NCBI RefSeq assembly: GCF_000092465.1
Contig: NC_014205.1
Location: forward strand, 1,020,001 to 1,052,000
Direction of reading: 5' to 3'
Length of the DNA: 32,000 nt
Source: Staphylothermus hellenicus DSM 12710
Lineage (GTDB): Archaea > Thermoproteota > Thermoprotei_A > Sulfolobales > Desulfurococcaceae
Shown here one piece after another: positions 27,837 to 32,000 of this stretch. A model generated the notes under the pieces. It worked only from the letters and a program-made list of their open reading frames with translations, had not been told where the DNA came from and made no database searches. The position numbers and the translations under genes are program-made. Every line of letters begins with the position of its first letter. The stretch's first letter is position 1.

Positions 27837-29216
27837 TTGGAAGAAACAATAGTACATATGGGATTCGACGACATAGATACACCGTTCGGTGGCTGCACAA
27901 CACATTTCGCAGCTTCCATACTAGTTAAATGGATTAAGGATAAAAGAATCAAACTAGTCGACTATCCAAACCTTATAAGATTAAATCCTGGAGTACCATG
28001 GAAAACAAGAGGTAATGGAGCTGTTGTTCTTAGGTTCAAGGTTAAAGATCATGAAGAAGCCATGAAACTCCTTGAAGAAGCATATGATGAAGCATTACAA
28101 TATCTTAGAAAATATCATCATCCCCAACACCATCCAGTCATAGGCATATATGTGGGTGAGCTAAGTGAGAGAATTAAGTGGATTGGGTGGAAAGCTGTCC
28201 ATGATCTCATCCCGCTAGATTTAATGTATAGAGTTCTTAGGAAAGAAAAGGATAAAATTGAGTATAGATTGCTGAGGAAAGATAAGAAGCGTGGATTAAT
28301 CGGTGTTTTCTCGGCAATAGGATATAGGATGACAAATACAGATTATACATATGAACTAATAGCTTATAGATCCGAGGAATTCCTGGATAAGCCTAGACAA
28401 GTCGATGCTGAGAGCGTAAAATATATGGATAAACTATTTCATAGTGAAACTATTCTTAACTATGACTATGAAATAAATAGGCCATTAATAACACCGCATG
28501 GAGGAGACCCTGTTCTACTAGGAATACGGGGAGAAAACCCTGAAGTATTGATCAAAGCATACAATATAATAAAGATAAACGAGCCAGTCCCTATACGGTT
28601 AATTTATCGAACCAATCAACACACAGATGCTCATCTAAGGAGAATTAATGATTTAGGAGAAGCCTTCATTTATCGTGGAGTAAGAGTTAGAGTATGGGTA
28701 GCAAGTATTCCTAAAAGGATCATTGGTGGACACGTGATTTTCAAAGTCACCGATGGAAAAAGGTTTATTGATGTAGCAGCATATGAGCCTACTGGAAAAC
28801 TTAGAAGGATCGTGGAAAAACTCCGTCCCGGGGACGAAGTAGAGGTCATGGGTATAGTCAGGCCTCAAAGCTCTAAGCATGGACCAACAATTAATCTTGA
28901 GAAGATACATATCATAATGGTTAAACCATTGATAAAGCTTGAAAACCCCATATGTCCTAGATGTGGGGCTAGAATGAAGAGTGCTGGTAGAGGGAAAGGT
29001 TATAAGTGCCCTAAATGTGGCTATAGAGATCCCAATGCTAAAAAGATTATTCGGGTAATAAAGAGGGATCTCGAGCCCGGATGGTATGAACCCCCTCCTA
29101 GAGCATTTAAGCATTTAATGAAGCCGCTAAAAAGATTTGGGAAGGAGAAAAACTATTTCCCAGAAGAAATTGAACCAAGCAATTTTATATGGTATAATAA
29201 TAGGGTTTTAAAATAA
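27837..29216 (+). CDS. tiaS: tRNA(Ile2) 2-agmatinylcytidine synthetase
   Basis: 459 aa. N-terminal MGFDDIDTPFGGCTTH (compare the GIDDTDS..GMCTTY kinase-like domain), a central OB fold, and a C-terminal zinc ribbon CPRCGARMKSAGRGKGYKCPKCG. It starts 3 nt after the dys stop; an alternative start is the ATG at 27858. Confidence 0.85.
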   Translation: MEETIVHMGFDDIDTPFGGCTTHFAASILVKWIKDKRIKLVDYPNLIRLNPGVPWKTRGNGAVVLRFKVKDHEEAMKLLEEAYDEALQYLRKYHHPQHHPVIGIYVGELSERIKWIGWKAVHDLIPLDLMYRVLRKEKDKIEYRLLRKDKKRGLIGVFSAIGYRMTNTDYTYELIAYRSEEFLDKPRQVDAESVKYMDKLFHSETILNYDYEINRPLITPHGGDPVLLGIRGENPEVLIKAYNIIKINEPVPIRLIYRTNQHTDAHLRRINDLGEAFIYRGVRVRVWVASIPKRIIGGHVIFKVTDGKRFIDVAAYEPTGKLRRIVEKLRPGDEVEVMGIVRPQSSKHGPTINLEKIHIIMVKPLIKLENPICPRCGARMKSAGRGKGYKCPKCGYRDPNAKKIIRVIKRDLEPGWYEPPPRAFKHLMKPLKRFGKEKNYFPEEIEPSNFIWYNNRVLK

Positions 29217-29237
29217 AACAAATATGACATATATGAT

Positions 29238-29560
29238 GGGATGAGGAAATACCGTTTGTCCCCCACCGCATTATGTGTGTTTGTATATTTATTTTTGTCT
29301 GCGGTAGGGACTTCCACCTCTCCCACAACCCCCAAGAGGGGTTGTGGGGTCATGAGTGGCTGTCGAGGCCAACGGCACAGGCCTCCCATCTACAGTAAAC
29401 CCTCATGGGTCTCGGAGCATAGCTCCCATCAACCCACAGGAACACAGATCAATATTGAAAAATATAATCTGGAATACTTAAAGCTTCCCATCCCGGGAAC
29501 GAACTGATACGTGAAGAAGTGGTCCTCTGCTGACCGCTAGAGAAACCTGTGAGTTGGAGT
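29238..29560. ncRNA. Unassigned GC-rich structured RNA candidate (element R1); strand unresolved
   Basis: I counted 61% G+C over 29301-29440, against an AT-rich background.
Perfect or near-perfect helices:
- 29258-29270 with 29300-29311: 5+6 bp enclosing a 29-nt AU-rich loop.
- 29322-29332 with 29338-29348: 11 bp.
- 29365-29370 with 29380-29385: 6 bp.
- 29351-29359 with 29400-29407: 8 bp plus a bulge, enclosing the previous hairpin.
- 29414-29418 with 29422-29426: 5 bp.
- Termini GGGATG (29238-29243) with CATCCC (29489-29494).
The ORFs predicted here have a non-native Pro/Arg/Gly/Ser-rich composition. Confidence 0.55.
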
Positions 29561-29564
29561 TGTT

Positions 29565-30080
29565 ATGTATAGGATAACACATGTTATAATTGGTTTTGGA
29601 TTTGGATTACTTTTAAGCAGAGATCTTAGTCTTTCTCTTTTATATGGATTTATGGGTGGTCTCGGCGGCTATATACCAGATTTTGATCTAGCTTTTAAGC
29701 ATAGGAAGACGCTTCATAACATTATTGTGCCGCTAATTATATTCTTACTCTCCTATGTTGCGCTTCTCTATCTCCATGTAAGGTTTTATTCATGGATACA
29801 ATTTGGTATTATCAAGAATATTGTTATAGCTTTTCTTGGTGGATGGATTCTGCATATTTTGGTTGATTCATTTACTAAGCGTGGAGTATATATATTGTAT
29901 CCTTTAAGCAATTATCGTTTGAGAATACCTATATTTAGAAGCTCTGGTTTAGTTGGCAATATCCTATTTATTATGTTGGCTTTCATAATGTATTATTTCT
30001 GGCTTAAAAATACCGGTTTAGAAAATGTAATAGATTATTTATATGAGTATTTTAGAATGTTTTTAATCAGCTCTTCTTAG
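29565..30080 (+). CDS. Membrane-bound metal-dependent hydrolase-like protein (YdjM/DUF457-like)
   Basis: 171 aa with 4-5 TM segments and conserved-looking His/Asp positions (THVIIGFG, IPDFDL, KHRKTLHN, HILVDSFT). The 3' end overlaps the convergent gene by 14 nt. Confidence 0.6.
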   Translation: MYRITHVIIGFGFGLLLSRDLSLSLLYGFMGGLGGYIPDFDLAFKHRKTLHNIIVPLIIFLLSYVALLYLHVRFYSWIQFGIIKNIVIAFLGGWILHILVDSFTKRGVYILYPLSNYRLRIPIFRSSGLVGNILFIMLAFIMYYFWLKNTGLENVIDYLYEYFRMFLISSS

Positions 30081-31791
30081 TGATCCCTCTTGTTGCAATA
30101 ATGTATAACAATACAACTATTACTAGAACACCTATACTTCCTATGGTTGCGTATAGCAGTGCTTGTTGTTCTCTCTGCTTATACTCGTTGATCTTAGCTT
30201 CATAGCTACTGATTTGATCTGTTAGATTTATATTTTCTGCTTTGCATTTTCCTAGAGATTGATTAACATTGAATAATGTCTGGTTTAGCGAGTTCAACTG
30301 TTTCTCTAGATTATTTATTTCATTATTTAAGCTCTGTATCTTTAGGTTGATAAAGGAGATCTCATTTATAGCATTAGATAATCCAACACTATATCCTCTA
30401 ACTAGTGATGCAATAAATGAAGCTACATTAGCTGGTTGTAATGTAAATGTTGATAGTATTTTCCTCAATTCTTTACCATACACTATTAATTCTCCTTTGC
30501 CCACACCATAATATTCTGGGTTATTAATTAATACCAGTTTTTTACCGCCGAAGGATATTGTTGTGAAAGATATGTTTCTACTAATTAGTTCTGATAAAAC
30601 ACTGGTTTCATCTCTTTCGACAAAATAGAGTCCTGGCTCCACATATTTAAGTCCTTGAATCGATAGATCCTCTCCATGATCATTAAGTGTGAAAGGAGAA
30701 TATATTATTGTAGTAATGTTTTCGTTAATCATATTTTTCGTGATATTTATTATTTCGGATAAACCATTATATGCTAGTTTCTCTAGTTTACTTAGTTGCT
30801 CCCTATTAATATAGCCATGCATATATCCTGTCCATAAGTCATATATTAGAGGATACTCTACAAAATTTATTCTGGCCGATCTATATTTGTATGCTGTTGT
30901 CAGCATTGACTCATAAAAGCTAATTGTTTCGTTGATAAGCCATTCTAGATCATCTTCTTCCATATACCTAATATATTTAAACGATATCCTCGGAACAACA
31001 GGTCTATTAAACTTCTCAAAGTATTCGGAGAACCATTGATCAGCTCTTCTTGTTCCAGGAGTGAAGAGTATAATATGTGTATTATTTATTTTTAGAACTC
31101 TAAACCTGAGATAATATATTCCAGGCTCAACCGATAATTTTTCATTGGTTATATTAAACTTTAATATTGGAGTAACATTTGTTTCTTTACTGAACTTTAT
31201 GCTATCCACATAGTTTTCAATAGATAAAACAAAGTACTGGGTTGATACTGATAATTTTATGGTTGTATTTAGTTGATCCCATTTAGTTGTCCCATTAATA
31301 GGTATGATGAATAGTGCTGGCTTTATTATTTTATTTGTCCCGTTAAAGTATGGATTCATTGTTCTATTATGAACTTGTGGATTTATCGAGGATAAGCCTA
31401 GAAACATTGTATCAAGTGTTCCCCATAAATTGGTTAATAATTGTTTAGGTACTAGCTTATATAGCTGAGTATAGGTGTTGTTTGGGAGTAGTGCTGTATT
31501 ATTATCTAGCACGATGGCTTTTGATAGATCCCATGAATTGTTCACTAGAACTATTTCATTATAGGACAACGTGTACGGTGGCATCGGGTTTATATATGCT
31601 TTAAAGGTGATATTCTCTAGGTACTTCAGCGGCGAAGTATTAACAGCTTTTTCAAGGGAGAATCCAGGCACGTATAGGAATAGAAATCTTAGATATGCTG
31701 GTTGCTGTGAATAAGTAACTGTTGTTATAGGTGTTACTAATTGAAGCAACAACATGGTTATTATTGCTAGTAGCATGTATTTCTTATTCAT
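30067..31791 (-). CDS. Secreted, heavily N-glycosylation-sequon-rich protein with C-terminal coiled coil and TM anchor (SlaB-like architecture)
   Basis: 574 aa. N-terminal signal peptide MNKKYMLLAIITMLLLQLV and about 19 N-x-S/T sequons by my count. A heptad-like Asn/Leu/Gln-rich segment (INLKIQSLNNEINNLEKQLNSLNQTL...YEAKINEYKQREQQ) is followed by a single TM helix (LLYATIGSIGVLVIVVLLYIIA) and a basic tail. Confidence 0.75.
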   Translation of the reverse strand: MNKKYMLLAIITMLLLQLVTPITTVTYSQQPAYLRFLFLYVPGFSLEKAVNTSPLKYLENITFKAYINPMPPYTLSYNEIVLVNNSWDLSKAIVLDNNTALLPNNTYTQLYKLVPKQLLTNLWGTLDTMFLGLSSINPQVHNRTMNPYFNGTNKIIKPALFIIPINGTTKWDQLNTTIKLSVSTQYFVLSIENYVDSIKFSKETNVTPILKFNITNEKLSVEPGIYYLRFRVLKINNTHIILFTPGTRRADQWFSEYFEKFNRPVVPRISFKYIRYMEEDDLEWLINETISFYESMLTTAYKYRSARINFVEYPLIYDLWTGYMHGYINREQLSKLEKLAYNGLSEIINITKNMINENITTIIYSPFTLNDHGEDLSIQGLKYVEPGLYFVERDETSVLSELISRNISFTTISFGGKKLVLINNPEYYGVGKGELIVYGKELRKILSTFTLQPANVASFIASLVRGYSVGLSNAINEISFINLKIQSLNNEINNLEKQLNSLNQTLFNVNQSLGKCKAENINLTDQISSYEAKINEYKQREQQALLYATIGSIGVLVIVVLLYIIATRGITKKS

Positions 31792-31825
31792 AGTCTACAC
31801 CACATATTCATCCTTGATTACTCAT

Positions 31826-32000
31826 AGACAGTGAACTGCTCCCCGCTTATGTGGGGGAGCTTCTCCCGTTCCACCCGCCTTCACGGCTTAGGGTTTCATC
31901 TGGGAGTTCAGGGGGGTTCACAGCTCCCCCATCCCACGCCTCACATTAAGGCATGGGCTATATTGATTGCCGAGTTCAAATCTCTATACGGGAACATCCC
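31826..32000. ncRNA. Unassigned GC-rich structured element (R2), truncated by window end; related to R1
   Basis: I counted 63% G+C over 31831-31940.
Helices:
- GCTCCCC (31838-31844) with GGGGAGC (31854-31860).
- Alternative 9-bp pairing GGGGGAGCT (31853-31861) with AGCTCCCCC (31922-31930).
- CTCCC (31863-31867) with GGGAG (31902-31906), enclosing ACCC-GCC-ttcac-GGC-tta-GGGT.
- GTGAAC (31831-31836) with GTTCAC (31916-31921).
No plausible CDS is present. Confidence 0.45.

Noticed and set aside
29153-29507. ORFs 29241..29507 (+, 88 aa) and 29153..29389 (-, 78 aa) inside the GC-rich element
   Set aside because: Their composition (Pro/Arg/Gly/Ser/Thr/Cys rich) is unlike every credible protein in the window, which are Lys/Ile/Glu/Leu rich. 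Open frames are expected by chance where stop-codon-forming A/T is depleted, and the region is better explained by RNA helices.
29238-29560. R1 as the RNase P RNA or SRP (7S) RNA gene
   Set aside because: CR-I-like strings occur on both strands (GAGGAAAT; GAGGTGGAAGTCCC), along with a GUAAAC...GGAGCA-like stretch. However, there is no ACAGAA...GGCUUA CR-V, no proper AGAUGAAUG CR-IV in the right place, and the order of elements fits neither strand. For SRP, the invariant helix-8 GNAR loop with flanking GGAGCA-type loops is absent, and long AU-only stretches are atypical. Not excluded, only unsupported by eye; a covariance-model search is needed.
31902-31940. tRNA-like 3' end in R2: GGGGG-TTCACAG-CTCCC followed by CCATCCC-A (T-arm plus acceptor-like)
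   Set aside because: The loop lacks the conserved A58 (TTCACAG vs TTCRAAT). No complementary GGGATGG acceptor 5' strand, D-arm or anticodon arm can be placed upstream. The R1 counterpart has only a 3-nt loop. It is at best a decayed tRNA-derived fragment, not a tRNA gene.
29238-32000. R1/R2 as attL/attR of an integrated element
   Set aside because: The shared segments are short and interrupted by indels rather than an exact att duplication. No integrase, transposase or viral/plasmid gene lies between them.
1-32000. CRISPR arrays, IS elements, prophage or defence islands
   Set aside because: No spaced direct-repeat array, terminal inverted repeats, transposase/integrase, or recognisable defence gene set was seen. 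Apart from the items listed, the window reads as core chromosome.

Overview
AT-rich (about one-third G+C by eye), gene-dense chromosomal window. It is clearly archaeal and most likely a hyperthermophilic crenarchaeon; that taxonomic call is inference. It rests on PCNA, TiaS, deoxyhypusine synthase, an Ard1-type acetyltransferase, the pantoate kinase/phosphopantothenate synthetase CoA route, many TTG/GTG starts and GGUGA-type Shine-Dalgarno motifs. All protein calls come from motif recognition in the supplied translations, because no searches could be run.

Gene content, left to right:
- A glycan-utilisation island. It holds a GH57 4-alpha-glucanotransferase that runs off the left edge and is missing from the ORF track, a GH1 beta-glycosidase, and a minus-strand unit of wHTH regulator, maltokinase-like kinase, AmyC-type GH57 and MFS transporter.
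- An ABC-2 exporter pair.
- A hypothetical gene plus a ThiR-like (HTH+ThiN) regulator.
- A complete archaeal CoA-precursor cluster: panE, panB, pantoate kinase and phosphopantothenate synthetase, convergent with coaBC.
- Housekeeping genes: ard1, asnS, nth, a Moco oxidoreductase, an MFS transporter, Trm5/Taw2, PhoH-KH, PCNA, an HTH-nuclease-like protein, dys and tiaS.
- A DUF457-like membrane hydrolase and a large, heavily sequon-rich secreted protein with a coiled coil and a C-terminal anchor (SlaB-like layout).

Most interesting observations:
1. Two strongly GC-rich (~60%), highly structured non-coding elements sit at 29238-29560 and 31826-32000+. They share ordered motifs, flank the last two genes, and I cannot assign them to RNase P, SRP, tRNA, C/D or H/ACA classes.
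2. The last ~90 aa of the wHTH regulator are homologous to the last ~90 aa of the GH57 enzyme in the same operon.
3. A maltokinase-like gene is paired with a GH57 enzyme, and no GlgE is in view.

No CRISPR array, integrase or transposase was seen.
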